64,000 nt of DNA. Source: Takakia lepidozioides (Eukaryota; Plantae; Bryophyta). Made by a program: the position numbers and the translations under genes. The notes under the pieces were generated by a model that did not search any database, was not told where the DNA came from, and worked only from the letters and a program-made list of their open reading frames with translations. This document shows positions 1 to 14,127 of this stretch, piece after piece. Location: positions 59,520,001 to 59,584,000 of the forward strand of contig CM060733.1 in the NCBI GenBank assembly GCA_030704615.1. Direction: 5' to 3'. The stretch's first letter is position 1, and each line of letters starts with the position of its first letter.

Positions 1-265
1 CAAATACGTTTTCCGGTGCCTCCCAAGAAGCCAGAAAGCACAGCCCATGTTGTGTGAGAACATAAAGAAAGAAAGAAAGAAGGAAAACTCACAACGACCG
101 AGAAAGCTTCTCTGACAGCAATGTGTAACGGAGACGTTTGTTGTGGCATTTGGAAGGGTTGTTGGCCTGTTGGAAAGGGGCAGAGAATAGCTGAGAAGCC
201 TAAAAGTTGTTTCCTAGGAGAATGTGGATAGAGTAAAGAGGGACGAATATTTGTGGGAGGGGCAG

Positions 266-3200
266 GAGGATTTAGAGGAGCATGACGAGGTCAGCAAAGG
301 AAAATACACTATTGGGCTGGGCCAGGACTACCTGGCCTTCTGCACCGACCTTGAGGATGTCATATCCATGAGGTTCATTACCTGTGCCTCATAATCTTTC
401 ATGTTTTTCCTTCTAGTATGTTTACCTTGTAGTGTTTAGACTGATGAATGGGTGAGGTTCAATTGCTCAACAAGCATGCCCTTGAACAGGCTACACCAAT
501 GGCTAAGAGGAGGGAATGGGTGGGGAGCAGTCTAACAGTGGTGAAATCTCTACTTGAGAAGTATGGAGTGGCACCCGAGCACATCGGCCGCCTTGAGGTT
601 GGCAGTGAGACAGTTGTGGACAAAAGCAAGGCTATCAAAACTTGCCTCATGCAGCTGTTTGAGGTTCGACATTATCCCCTAGACTTGCTCCACCCATGAC
701 TGCTGGTTCAATCTGTAGTCAGGCTCCTACATAGAAATTTCAGTTCCACTGGAGTTACTCCATGTTCTACATGATATCGAGGATACAGAAAGTGCAATTA
801 CTTCTGTTGTTGCCACATACCTGTTTCTCGAAGCAGAACCACAACCATATCACTTGGGCCATACTTCCTTAGCTCCACCAGGTGAGAGATGAGGTACAGA
901 ATCAGCCTCTTAGTGTAATCTCAACTAATGTGTGTTGCTAGTCCTACTCCCTTCTTTGTGTCTGTGTATGGTTCATAAATAACGATTCCGTGCTAGGCAA
1001 GGGAATCAGTTCAGTAATCACAACAAGTCCATTGGCCGGTCCTTTGGTATGAACTGAGTGGTGGGTGAAAGGTGGCAGCTAAGACAGTCAGCTGATTTTT
1101 TGTATTGGGCTTTTGTGGCAAACAGGAGTGTGGCAACGGGGATGTAGAAGGGGTGGATTCTAGCAATGCCTGCTATGGAGGTACAGCAGCGCTCCAGAAC
1201 TCGCTCAACTGGGTGGAAAGCTCAGCCTGGGACGGGCGATTGGCCCTTGTGGTTGCAGCTGACAGTGCAGTAAGTCTTGCTTGTCTCCTCTTCGGTGGTG
1301 TTACAAGATATTCTTAAGGAGGCATGAGAAGTGTTTGGTTGTAGTTTACATTTTGGCATATCTGTACACTGTTTGTCAAATTTGGTTGAGAATGTGGAGT
1401 GCATAGGTTACAAGAGGGGTGAAGGGATGCATGGGGTGGGCAGGTCTATGCAGAGGGGCCAGCTCGGCCAACAGGTGGGGCTGGGGCAGTGGCAATGTTG
1501 ATAGGACCTGATGCACCTCTAGTCCTGGAGCGCAGTTACAGTGGGACCCACATGGCAAACGTCTATGACTTCTATAAGCCCAATTTGGCCAGCGAATACC
1601 CTGTTTGTGCCTTGGCCTTCAATCCTTATGCTGATTATTGGTATTTAGCAATCATTCAAATTTGTTATGTCCTTTTACAATCCTTGTTCCAATAGGAGAC
1701 CAAATTTTCAGCCAGAAACCTCAGAGGTAAGAATCAAGCTGACAGATAAAACACCTCTTGTGAAAAGAGACACTGATAGCTCCCAGACATGGGGAGCCTG
1801 GAAGATAGAATTAGTAAGACAATTGCTGAAGATAGTAGGTTAATTGAGTAAATGAACCAAGACAAGACAGTGCAAGATCACAGTTTACTACCCAAACACA
1901 AACTTCCTTCCTGTGTCTACCCACTGGTCACTGACCCCCAGCTCCAGTTTCCTACATTTGATGTCGCACCACTTGAGTAGGTTTGACTTTCTACAACATT
2001 TGTAAGGTCCACCTCTAGAGGCAGGAGACATGGGTTTCAATGTGAGAACCACCCTGCAGGTGGTGGACGGAAGGCTGTCTCAGACATGCTATTTACAAGC
2101 TCTTGACTTGTGCTACCGCCGCTTTTGTTCCAAGTATGTATGCCTTTTCCTGCTCAGCTGAGTAATAGCTTGTGGTATTACTCTGATTGGATAAAGAAAT
2201 GATTTCTTCGATCAATTTTCCCTCGTTGTTCTGATCCATGTATGGCTGCTTACAAGGGTAGGGCATGGGCTTGGCAGATTTGAGAAGCGAGAAGGCAAAC
2301 CATTCACTTTGTCAGAAGCGGACTATGTCACTTTCCACTCCCCTTACAACAAGGTGTTACTCAAATGGTTTCTATTGGTCAAAGCCTTTTGTTTCTGAAG
2401 TTGAACTAGAGCCTTCCTTCTTTGAGGGAGCTTCAGGCAGTTTGGGTTTCCTTTTTCTGATGATGGAAAGGAAGGCCAACGGAGGGGTGTCTGGTGGATG
2501 TGCAGCTTGTACAGAAAAGCTATGCTCGTCTAGTCTACAACGACTTTGTGCGAAATCCTAGGTATGGTTTATGTACTTCCATCTTTCTGAGCTGGAGAGG
2601 CTGAGAGAGATTGAACTACTTTATCCTTCAGAGAGATGTCCTCATCATCTGTTCTCAAACTGACAAACCCTCTGTGGTTACTCTTGTAAAGTTTTGTAGA
2701 TGAGGATGTGGCTGCCAAGTTAGCACCGTTTGCAACCTTGTCACAGGAGGAAAGCCTGTCCAATCGTGATCTTGAAAAGGTTGTTTGCCTCAGCATTTTA
2801 TAGCTGACATGTTCTACAGGTAGTTGAGTCAGTGGGTATTATCTTCTGCAATGTCTCTACTTTCTTGCATCCTTGCAACTCCTGGTCTCCAGTCCAAATC
2901 CAAACCTTTGCACTGAAATAGCAGCAAAATTCGGATTGTTCTGGTCAGCTGTGGATGAGGGAATAAAGACAAAAAGGTCATGCAGGTGATGTGAGCATTT
3001 CATTGATGGCTTCCCTGTGGTGGTTCATGGTAATAGGTGGCACAGCAAGTGGCCAAGAAACAGTATGACTTAAAGGTGGCACCCACAGCCCTGCTTGCCA
3101 AGGAGCTTGGCAATATGTACTGTGCGTCCTTATACGCAGGTCTTGCCACCCTTCTGCACACCAAAGCAGGAGCTCTGGTAAACTGACTTTGCCTTCACCA

Positions 3201-4267
3201 TTGCTTGTGCTTTGCCTGTTTGTTCAAACTTGAGAGGGTGGGTAGGCAGAGAACTTGTATGTGCTGTTTCAGGATGTAAGGACAAGGAGAAACTGGATGC
3301 CAGGGCGATCCAGTTGTGCTGGGACAAGTCTCCCAATGTGACCTCTCATATCCAAGTAATCTAAGAGGAACTTTTAAAGGGGGCTATCTGGATTGTGGGC
3401 AGGATGGCAAGAGAACATTGCTGTTTTCATACGGAAGTGGGTTGGCCTCAACTCTCTTTTCTTGTCGCTTTCGTCAAGGTCAATCACCATATTCTCTATC
3501 AGATATTGCGCAGAAGATGGACATTGCTGGCAAGCTTGAATCCCGTATAGTGGTATGCCTTCCTCTCCCAAAATCATCCACCACATTTTGCTCTCCTTTT
3601 CATCCTGTACTTTATAAATTTGGAGATTTTGTTCTGTTCATGTACCTTAAAAGAGACCCAAAGGCAGGTCAGGGCCCGTCTCACCACCTGACCACTGTAC
3701 CTCTGGCAATTGAGAACACAAGACGAGTTTCAACAGCTCGTGTTATTTTAGAAAGAGGAGAGCACAAGTACACCAGGAAGTGTATTATTCTTATTATTAC
3801 CTGTGTTCTTTCTTATGTCTTTGGTCCTCTAAATGGTCTTTTTTGTCATATGGAGAGATATACACTGAGGTCTGTGAAGGTCAGCAATTACCCAACCCTC
3901 CATTTTCTTGTCCCTATAATCTGGTGGTCTCAGGTAAGATTATGGCATGTATGCTGTTGACATGGTGGTCCGCACAAGAGCAATGCCACAACCCCTCTTT
4001 TGCCGAGGCCATCTGTTATTTGGCGTAAACACTTGTTGCTGGGATGTACAGGTTACCCCGAAGGAGTTTGTGAGCACCATGCAGCTCATGGAGACCCGAT
4101 ATGGTGCAAAGGATTTCATCCCTGTAAGCTCGCACTCCAGCTTGCGGCCCGCGACTTTCTACCTCACCCAAGTAGATGCCCTTCACCGCCGAACGTATGC
4201 TAGACATCCTTCCGCAACCAAGCCTGAGAAGGTAGCTTCCAATGGAACCAATGGTGTGGCTCACTGA
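266..4267 (+). CDS. HMGS: Hydroxymethylglutaryl-CoA synthase, 5'-partial (exon 1 upstream of window). Exons 266-372, 531-663, 1126-1269, 1444-1602, 2060-2133, 2278-2353, 2506-2561, 2692-2779, 3037-3177, 3403-3552, 4052-4267
   Basis: Spliced translation across GT-AG introns gives [24 protein letters not shown], catalytic [69 protein letters not shown]. It is colinear with plant HMGS and the frame is kept at every junction. Confidence 0.96.
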
Positions 4268-5139
4268 CTGCCTCACCAACCCCTTCAGCATCTGGGGATG
4301 TAGGATATTTGAAATGGAAGCTTTTAGATGGAGCTTAGATAGTGGTGGGCGATCTTCTATTCATGGACTTTGTAGAGACACATTTAGAGCATGTATGGAC
4401 ATTGTTTCTTGAAAGCCCTGGTGCTCCCACTGACGACGACTGGGTACATTCATATTTTTGGAGTACATTCTAGTGAAAGACATTGTGCTGCAATGTTTTG
4501 TGGAAATCTCACAGAACAGACGACATTGGCATCCGGTCAGGAGAATTAGAGTACAGGAAAGTACAGAATAGTTAAGGGGTGAGAGAACTCTGTTTGCCAA
4601 GCAGTGGTCATGCTAAAGGTGGGCTCAGGTTCAAAAATTCAAACTTGGTTCATAAGAAGAGCAAATGGGTTAAGGTGGGACTAAATGGGCGGGAAATACA
4701 TCCACACATTTGGGCAAAGGACTGTTATCTGTCCAAAACGCATATTCATGTATCACTGAATCTTTCGTAGCCAATTTTTTGGAGTTGTCAGAGAGTACTT
4801 AGTACATGAGAAGGTATCAAAAGGTCCCAGGCCTCCCTCGCAAAGTGTTTTTTCTTTTCTTTTTTTCTCTTTTTTTTTAAAGGGGATGAAGCCTGTGAGC
4901 CTAGATTCTGGGGCCAGGAATATATTCCCCTTTTCTATCCGGGATTACCTGCAAGGGGGTTGTAGCACAGTAGGGCAGGGGTAAGCTAGATAGGATGGAA
5001 TCTGTTGCAATCTATTCACACAAGCCAAGACACCTTCATCCAGGAGATCATGCAAACTTCAGATACAATCAAAGTACACCGTACAACGCTTTAAATCAAA
5101 TCCACCACCCACTTTGCATGAGTATATTGGTTTATATAG

Positions 5140-5843
5140 CATTGGAAAACAGAGGGTTCTCCACGATTAAACACCTCTGGGAGAGCACCCCTCAATCCCT
5201 GAAAGGGGCCCTAGGTGCGAATCGTCTCCAATCAGGAATACCTCTCATCATCCAGTCAATCCCGGATACCTGGAAACTATTACTCAAGGATGGCCCGGAC
5301 CCTCATAGACCACACCAATGGATTCTTCCACAAAGTCCATCTTTACAAGTCATCTATGTTTCTGAAGTTTATCCATCTATGATCTCCGGTTACACATTTC
5401 AAGCTCATGAACTTACAGGCAGCCTCTCCTTTACTAGCTCAGACATCATTTCAATTCCAAATCAGGAAGCCATCCTTGCTAGGATCTGCCACTGGTCTTC
5501 ACCAGAAAAAGACTTCAATCCATCTGTCCCAGGGGGTATTCCCCTGTTAACATGGCTCAGGAAAGAATCATTCACTCTGGTTGGAAACTCGGGCATCGCA
5601 TCCTTGCAATTGGACCCTGCTGAGTGGCAGTGGACAATCAATGACGAGATTCATCCTCTCTTCTCATACTCAGCTCGACAGGGTTACAGAGCATTACTTC
5701 GTGCCAGACCTCTCACCACAAAATGGGAGGGCAGATGGAATCATGAAAGATTCAGCGAGGAAAACTGGAAGGGCATCTGGTCAATAGTCTGGGAGAAGAA
5801 AAAGCCTGCCAAGATATGTATCTTTTGTTTGAGTTTTTGCTAG
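5140..5843 (+). mobile_element. L1-type LINE ORF2 C-terminal fragment (region preceding zf-RVT)
   Basis: IIQSIPDTW..L..GP, LQLDPAEWQW, YSARQGY and WSIVWEKKKPAKI align by eye with the LINE at 23027-23905. It abuts the Gypsy fragment. Confidence 0.75.
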
Positions 5844-6858
5844 CAACTCAACGATCTCCGCACTGGAGACACAGCAACCATTGTGACTGCCAAGGAGAGG
5901 GATCGGATCCTACAATGAGCCAAGAGGTTCAAGTGGGAGAGGACACACCTGCTCCAAGTGTGGGAGGATGGTCGAGTCAGGATTGTGCCCCAACCATGAC
6001 ACAACGGGCACGGTTGGTGCGACATGCCCATGAGGAGTTGCGGCATTTTGGGGTACGACGCACTCATAATTTACTACATGGGCAGTATTGGTGGCGTGGT
6101 ATGCATACAGAGGTGCAACAATTTGTAGCTAGGTGCATGGTGTGTGACAGAGTGCGCGCTTCATTCAACGCCCCTACACTGGTCACAGCTGCGTCATTTA
6201 CCTATCATGGGATTAGGCTACTGATGGAGTCTTGACTTTGCAGGACCGTTGTCATTGACGATGCGCCACCACAAATACGTGTTGGTGATGGTAGAGCATT
6301 TCTCCAAGTGGATCGAGTTGGTTCCATAGTCTGATAAGACTAGTGAGGGAGCTGCGTATGCATTCTTGGATCGTGTACTTAGCCGATTCGGTGCTCCAGC
6401 TGAGGTATTCATGGACCAGGGGAAAGAATTTTTGGGGGAGTTTGAGGCGTTGTATGACAAAGCTTTGATAGACCACCGCACCACTTCTCGAGACTATCCT
6501 GAGGCCGATGGCTTGGCAAAAAGAGTTGTGCAGACGGTTAAGAGGGGTTTACGCAAGTATGGCTTGCAGAAAGGACACTTGGGAGATTGGGACATTCAGC
6601 TATCCTGGTTAGCTATAGGCTACAGGTTTAACAAGCAAGAATCACTTGCCTCCTTCTCACCATATTTCCTTCTCTTTGGCCAGGAAAGTGGTAGAGGACT
6701 TAGTGAGGTTGTGGCTATTACATCTTGTAGCTATCTGGAGTTAGAGGGACCTAACCACCAGTTAGGGGGGCGATTGTGACAGACTGGTTTATGTGTATAC
6801 ATGTGTTATGTGAATTGGATAGCGATGTAGTTGTATATCGATATGTATGCGCACGACA
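5844..6858 (+). mobile_element. Degenerate 3' fragment of the same Gypsy-like lineage: integrase H2C2 + core, PPT, one 'a' terminal repeat (6775-6858)
   Basis: RHAHEELRHFGVRRT...CMVC, FGAPAEVFMDQG and EADGLAKR are present with stops and frameshifts. PPT TAGGGGGGCGAT is followed by TG. It ends at CGCACGACA, the same terminus as copy 1. Confidence 0.9.
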
Positions 6859-7265
6859 CAAGGTTCATACTGCAGTGTCTTGATTTTTCTGCTGCACCAC
6901 ATTATGTTTCAAAGCAGTCTCGGAACATTATTTGTGAAATTTTGAGCAAACTCAGCTTTGGCAATATCAACACAGACCTCTTTGCGATACCTTTTCGAGT
7001 GTGATACCTTCATTGTGTGCACCTTAGCAAACACAAATAATCCAACAACGTGAGAGTAAGTAAGAAACAATTAAATATGCCTATTATTTAAAACTATCAA
7101 AACAATGAACCAGACTTGTTTTGGCACCTACAGACTGTAACCGGATGGATTCGACTTGGCCTAGGATCCTCTTCTGTTAGTTCGTTGAATGAAAAGCAGG
7201 GGTAGCTGGGAAGAATTAGTGTAGGTCTAATTTTGGCTCCGCATTGTTGTCTTATGCCAATAGTA

Positions 7266-7763
7266 CAGTCGACCCTAGATAAATGTTACCTGTTTTTTTG
7301 TTATATCACCCTTAATGTTATGAAATCTTTGCTCTGTAAAAATTTACACTTGAAAATGGCATAGAACGTTATTTGATATGTGTTATGAAAATATGGCTCT
7401 CCTCTTTGTTAACACACTTCCATAGTTGTTAGATCTTATGCGGAGCTCAATATAGTTGGTTTGAGAAAACAATCATCCACTCTTATCATTCATCACTATT
7501 ATCATTCATCCATGTGTATTCTCAACCCTCTAATGAATAAATATTGTATTCTGTTGGATTGAAGAAATATTATATGCACTGAAGGCTGTATGTACTAAAC
7601 CCTAAACCTCCAACTGTTTTTTTTGTTTTTTTTACCTGCTTTATTTTTATTTTCACAAATGTTATGTTTTGGATTTTGATCTCTATTTCTGTTATCTGAT
7701 ATATCTATATAAATGTTATATTTTTTCTGCTCTATAGGCATAACAATTATCCAGGGTCGACTG
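7266..7763. mobile_element. Tc1/mariner (pogo-like) MITE
   Basis: ~23-bp TIRs CAGTCGACCCT(A/G)GATAA(A/T)TGTTA, TA on both flanks, AT-rich non-coding interior, 498 bp. Confidence 0.85.
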
Positions 7764-10700
7764 TAACCAAATCAGACAGCTTGGCATGATGATGTGTGCT
7801 GGGAAATAAGGTAATCTGTGTGACCAATGAGGCACTGGCCACCTGTCTATTGTGATTACCCATTATTTTATGATAAATGCCACATGACTTAGGCTCTGGC
7901 AGGATGTTTTCTGTGCTAACGTGGTGTGCTCAGACGTGGTGCTGCTTTTGGATGTGAAGTTGATGATTTGCTTTCCTCTGCGATTGATCCTCCCTGTTTA
8001 GCTTAGCGCTCTGCTTTGTCACATTCCCGTGTACATCCCTGACTTCCTGAGGATAGGGGAATATCCAGGGGTTCAAAACCTTGCATTACAAGACAATCTT
8101 CCAATGGAATGTTGTGGTCAATCATTGGTCGTGAACAAGTGCTCCACTTGAATATCGTGAATGTTCAAGCAATCATTCTTATCAAGTTGGAGGTTGCACT
8201 TAAGTTGTATTTGATTTTGTCATATGTTTAGAAATACAATCCAGATAATAGATAAGGATTCGCCTCAGTTTCCCAGTTGTCGTTCTAAGGGGGGATCACA
8301 TTAGACTAACAGAATGCAATGATCCTACTGGTCGAGGGCATTTTCTCGATCATATTGGCTTTACATTTTGGACCAAGACCAAAATAAGTAGGAATGATAT
8401 GGCGTCTCAATGGTGTGATTATGGTGAAAGATTGTTGGTTGATCACAACAACAACAAAAAACCGAAACTAACCCATGTGACTTCGGAGGACCCATTATTG
8501 GGCTGTCCTTGAACCAAATATGGAAATTATAAAATATATATACTTCTAGATGAGCATGACCGTTGGCTAGAATCAATGTAAAGTTCAAGGGTGTCCACTC
8601 TCCGGTGAGAGATCTTAGGGTAGATTTTCTAGGTCTTGGTCAGACGGCTGCCCTTAGAGCATCACCACCCTTGAGCCCGAAAAACTCCCTGTAACACCAA
8701 AGATAGTGTCTCGATTCAGTGCCTGGTGGGTTCTGTGGTGCGGCAGCCCGACTCGCACACACCCTTGTCCCTGAATCGCCCACGCCATCCCCGCGCACTT
8801 CGCCTCCCATTGGCCGGAAGGGCCGAGATATCCGCCAAGATGCTGACAGGCACGCACGCGCGCGCTTGGTCACCTTGAATTGGGTTCAGGGACATATTCT
8901 GTGCGCAGAATACAGCGTTCGGGTTCAGTGCACGGAACGATATTCAGTGCGAGCTTGGCACGGGATATAGGGTTCAGTGCATGGGTGGGGGACGTATCCC
9001 ACCCACCATACCCTCATGTTCCGTTGGCGTGCTGGGTTTAGTGTAGGGTGGGGATGCTCTTACAACATCTCCACGGTGAGCAGGGTCCGTCAAACGTTAT
9101 ATAGCCTTGTTATAGGGGTGACCGTATTTTTTACAATGACTCTTTGGTTGGGACGGTAGCAGACCCGGCACGCACCCCAATCGCAACTTGGCAGGGAGCG
9201 CTATCACAAGCTTGGAGCATTGAAATGGTGATCTACATAGGGCGCAATTGATGGCTGGGTTGGCTCGCACGTGCAAACGTAATGTACAGTGGTTGGCTGG
9301 TTCCTGCATGCTCAGCAAAAGTGCACTGGGTGTGGCAGATTTGCGGGGCACCTGCCAAAACTCAAAACCTAGCAGTTACCCAGCCCATCCATTCACCTAC
9401 AGTCCTATAGTCCTATAGGTACAACAAATGGGCCATGGCTCCACACGGCACTTCACCATCTCTCACCATCTCCGGATGCACTGCCGTCCGACTTGTATTC
9501 ACAGAAAGCGCAACAATCCCCACCTCGAATTGCCACTTGGAATCCCCATCCAACGATTGCTGCGCAGAGACTTGGCCCTCCCAAATCACGAGCAAAGTGC
9601 CTGCATGCCATTGGCGCCCCCAATCAGTCGCACAAATCGACAGTGCCCACATAAGTTGAGAACTCCCATGCCCTCGAAGGTCCCATCACCACGCCAACAC
9701 TCTGAATATCCTCGGTATAATCTAGTCTCTCCTGCAACACAACATGTCAAGACCCCGTTTGTCGACTCCAGAAGTGGACAAACTCACAGAATATGAGCCA
9801 TGCACGCAGGTGCCTCGTGTTGCTTTCTGTTTGTAAGTTAGCCCAGTACGAACCCCACCCTCACACCACCTCTTGAAGTTCGACCCATTGCTACGAGTCC
9901 CATTTGTCTACATAGATTTGACATTGTGCGGATTGGCTCCACAAACACCCATGCTATCATCATTTTGTAACGCTAAGTCACGGAATTTCTCTTCCAGCAT
10001 ATTATTATTAGTTACATAGGAATGTCGAAGGTGGCGCACTCTAAGTATGGACGAAAAGAAACATCCTGCGAAACCGATCGTTCCATTCTATATATCAAAA
10101 CAAAAACCAGGGAATCCCGCATCCAATAATCCCGTCTCCAACACTCAGTTCTGGAAATCTGCCAAAAAGCGTGTTTAGTTTTAGGTTTTGAGATAGAAAG
10201 AGTAAAAAAATGAGCCAGGAAACAAAGGGAAGGAGAAAGAGAAAAGGGCGGGTCAAAGTGCGAGGAGCTGTGGACACGATGGCACACAACACAGGGCCAC
10301 CCAATGCCGGAGCATCTCGTCTGCCAGGGACCAGTGATCAGCGGCACCAGCCCAGCCACGCAATCACCAAAGCCTTATCTCCCTTCCGTTTCACCTGCCT
10401 TACTCTCCTTCAGCGTCTGCATTCACTCCTCTAGAGCCCTCCTTCGATCTCCGTAGACTCGTAGAGCATACCAGTTCCTGCTACTTTCCCTTCGGATCTC
10501 TCTTTTCCGTGAGTGGTGGGTAATCATAGCTGACACTGGCTCATCTGTGGAGCCTGTGTGCAATTCCCGTGGCACCCGCATCAATGCAGCGGTGTACTGA
10601 ATTGATATGCCGACCGTGTGTGTAAGAAGGTGAGGAGTATTCGTATTCCAACTTGGGCTGCTTCCAGCTGCAGGAACTCTGGTTTGCCGGTGCACCATGC

Positions 10701-10935
10701 AGCTTGGGACTTGTTGCTAATTCAGTTGAAGCACTCATCTTGTGGTGAATTTGGGTTTGTGCTGGCTTGCCTGTTCCCGTCACCACTCTGGAATCGTTGT
10801 GTCTCGACACTCTGATTTTTTTGTGCTTCGACAATCTCCGGTGGGGTCATCTCACATCACTGATACTCTGACGTTCAGTGTCCGGTTCGAGCGGCTCTAC
10901 AGTGCTACAGAATTCAAGGAGAGTAGTCGCTAGAA

Positions 10936-13480
10936 ATGCAGGCTGTCTCGTTTCGAGGAGGGACGACGGCAACCTATTGTGTTGAGAGCCCTAAATCAGT
11001 TGCGTCCGAGCTGCAAGTTCTGGGCGGGAGCTCCTTAGATGGAAATGGTGCGCATTGGAACCATTTTTTGCCACTCAAGTGCAGGACATGTCCCTCAAGG
11101 GGAAGGTTCAAAGCTAAAGCGTTTATTGTGAGGGCAACGCTCACCCATGGAAGCACGGTCGTCAAGGATCGTGGCGTCATCCGTGTACAGGCCAGCGTTG
11201 CCACTGAGCATTCCGGGCGCTCCTTTCTTTCGGCTGAACAGAGGGTGTACGAGGCGGTCGCGAAGCAGGCGGCCATAGTAGACGAGCAATCTAGACGGAG
11301 AGTGGCCCTGCAGGATGTGCGGCCTGACCTGGTCCCTGTCAGTACCGAGGAGCTGCTGGAAGAGGCGTACCTTCGCTGTGGAGAGGTCTGCGCTGAGTAT
11401 GCCAAGACCTTCTATCTGGGTATGCTTTCCTTTCTCCTCTGTCCGCCTTTCCTACCCACTGTAGAGTTTTGCCTTCATTTATCTAACTTCCTGTTTGTTT
11501 TTTTCTCTTATTTCTGTCCTCTGCCCCTCTCCTGTGTCTTCAACCTCCTCTCCACCGCTCTTATTCTCTGGCAATATATAGCTGATGTTGTCCACCACTT
11601 CAGCCATAGATCTGCTTCCTATGTGTAGCTCTGGTTCCTTGTCTGGTCACTCTCCCCCTTTAGGTTGCATCTCCGGTGTTTTCTTTGCTTTGTCTGTCCG
11701 CCAGAAATCTGTTCTAAAGACTTGCAAAGTAAAATGCTGAGTCACATATGTGGTGTGGGCAGTGTCTCAACTACTGTTTCACTATGTGGTCCATATGTGT
11801 CTGTGTAATCCAGACACAGCTGTTCATTCTATGGTCCTAAAATCACTTCTGTATTTTGCCCTAGTTGAAATGGTGAGGAGGCAGGCCTCTTGTCGATAAT
11901 GTGTTCCCATTTCGTTGGAAATGACGAGTGTGATCTGCTTGTCTTCTTTGAACCAGGAACCAAGCTTATGACTCCCGAGAGGCAAAAGGCGATTTGGGCT
12001 ATCTATGGTATGGGTTATCCTCTGATCTCTCCCCATGACTGCATGCAAAGAGACATTTATTCAGTATTTTGTGCTACTTTACTTGCACAGCTGACTTTTA
12101 ATTGGTGTGTGGGGTGCGCAGTGTGGTGCAGGAGGACAGATGAGCTTGTAGATGGTCCCAATGCGCCCCGCATCACCCCTACAGCATTGGACCGGTGGGA
12201 GGAGAGGTTAGAGGATGTTTTTCGAGGGCAGCCATATGACATGCTGGATGCTGCCCTTGCTGACTCGGTAGCCAAGTTCCCTGTCGACATCCAGGTACAC
12301 CCTCGGTACAAATGGGGAATTGCTACTGATCTGAATATTATGTTGATGATTATGTGTGAGATTCCGATGAATTTATCTAATGCTTTTCATTTTGTACAAT
12401 GGCTCTAGAGTCTTTGAATTTTGAAACTCTTTTCCCACTCTTTGAGGGACTGATTAACTCAAGTTGGACCTAGAGAAAAGAGGTTTGAGTTTAAGGCCAA
12501 GGTGAGAAAATGAGTTATTGTCATGGTGTTGCTGGTTGCAGCCATTCAGGGACATGATAGATGGGATGCGCATGGACCTGGTGAAGTCCCGCTATGCCAA
12601 CTTTGATGAGCTTTACCTCTACTGCTACAATGTGGCGGGCACTGTGGGCATCATGAGTGTTCCTGTCATGGGCATCGCCCCGGAGTCCAAAGCCACCACT
12701 CAAAGTGTCTACAATGCTGCCCTGGCTCTCGGCATTGCCAATCAACTCACCAATATCTTGCGTGATGTTGGAGAAGAGTACATCCTCTCTCTTTGACTCA
12801 AGTTTGTCGCACTTGGGCACAGAATTGAGACATTTCTTTCCTGTGGTAGAATCAGCTGGTTTGTTTTTGAAGCTAGTCAGTGAAGAGTATGCATGTTAAC
12901 CTGCTGGTTTGTTTTTGAAGCGGGTCATTGAAGAGTATGCATGTTATTCTGCTGACACGCATGGGTTGGGCTGCAGTGCACAGCGTAGAAGGATATACCT
13001 GCCACAAGATGAGCTCGCCCAGTTTGGACTGTCCGATGAAGATATCTTTGCAGGACGTGTCACTGATAAATGGAGGGCTTTTATGAAGCATCAAATTAAA
13101 AGAGCACGCATGTTTTTTGTCGAGGCTGAGAAAGGAGTGCGGGAGTTGGACAAGGACAGCCGATGGCCAGTATGTAACTGCACATTGCTTTCAATATTAC
13201 TAATCCCTCTCTCCCTCAGCTGTAGGCCCATCAACAGGTGTTTCCACTTTGTTGTGCTTACTGTGGGTCAAAATGTGGGGTGCAGGTGTGGGCATCACTG
13301 ATACTGTATCAACAAATCTTGGATGCTATTGAAGCCAATGACTACAATAACTTCACTAAGAGAGCTTATGTTGGCAAGTGGAAGAAGATGTTGTCTCTTC
13401 CTGCTGCATATGCTCGGGCCTTGATGCCACCACCTTCAGAGCACAGGCTGTTTCTTTCTGCATCAGCATCTGTAAAGTAA
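10936..13480 (+). CDS. PSY: Phytoene synthase with N-terminal transit-peptide-like extension. Exons 10936-11419, 11957-12007, 12122-12294, 12542-12777, 12977-13169, 13286-13480
   Basis: [52 protein letters not shown] and [13 protein letters not shown]. Internal exons of 51/173/236/193 nt match the usual land-plant PSY structure. Confidence 0.97.
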
Positions 13481-13883
13481 ATGATTCAGTCCAAAATGGA
13501 CCAGGATTTTGTCATCACACAAAATTGTGAGAGAGGAGAGGCAGATTAGCCCCTGTCAAATGCCAAGTGATATCAATTGCAATCCTGTACTTTAAAGCTA
13601 GGAGAATTTAAATTCTCGACCATCTGGTTGTCATCCAGTCATTCTATTTGGCACAACTAATCCAGTGCCATTTACTAAATAAAGCATCAGCCAGCATGTG
13701 TTCCCATGTACAGTCTGATCCAGTGCATTAAGGGGCTACCATATAGCATTTAGCATACTGGATCTGAGTCCGGGGGGAGGTGAGCCATCATACAAAGTAG
13801 GTATAATAAAAATTTCCTGTCGAAAACCCATTCTTGTAAATTTCATCATCCTGAAAGGCTGGTAGTTAACATATGTAACAATT

Positions 13884-14127
13884 ACCAACAGTCAGTAGCT
13901 CAGTTGGTTAAGTGCACTAGGTGTCACCCAGATGATTTTGGGGTCAAAACCTGCTACTTGATGGGTGTGGTGTGCTCTTCTCCCCCTTCCCTGGGAGGTG
14001 TCCAATTTCTCAGCCTCCATGGCGCGGTTACTTTGAAAGAGGTTATTTTCTCATCTCACTATCAAGGGGCCTGATTTGTGAGTTGTTGCTCCCAGGTGCT
14101 TCCCTTTACAAAAAAAAAAAAAAAAAA
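13884..14127 (+). mobile_element. tRNA-derived SINE, full length
   Basis: A-box TAGCTCAGTTGG (13896), B-box-like GGGTCAAAACC (13941), ~150-nt body, ~18-nt poly(A), probable TSD AACAATT. The body recurs at 15453-15570 and 21067-21132. Confidence 0.8.

Noticed and set aside
7990-9800. Short ORFs between HMGS and PSY
   Set aside because: No recognisable domain or consistent exon chain. Probably decayed repeat sequence that I cannot classify by eye.
13891-13960. tRNA gene
   Set aside because: Stems and B box are imperfect, and it continues into a repeated body with poly(A) and TSD, so it is a SINE head.
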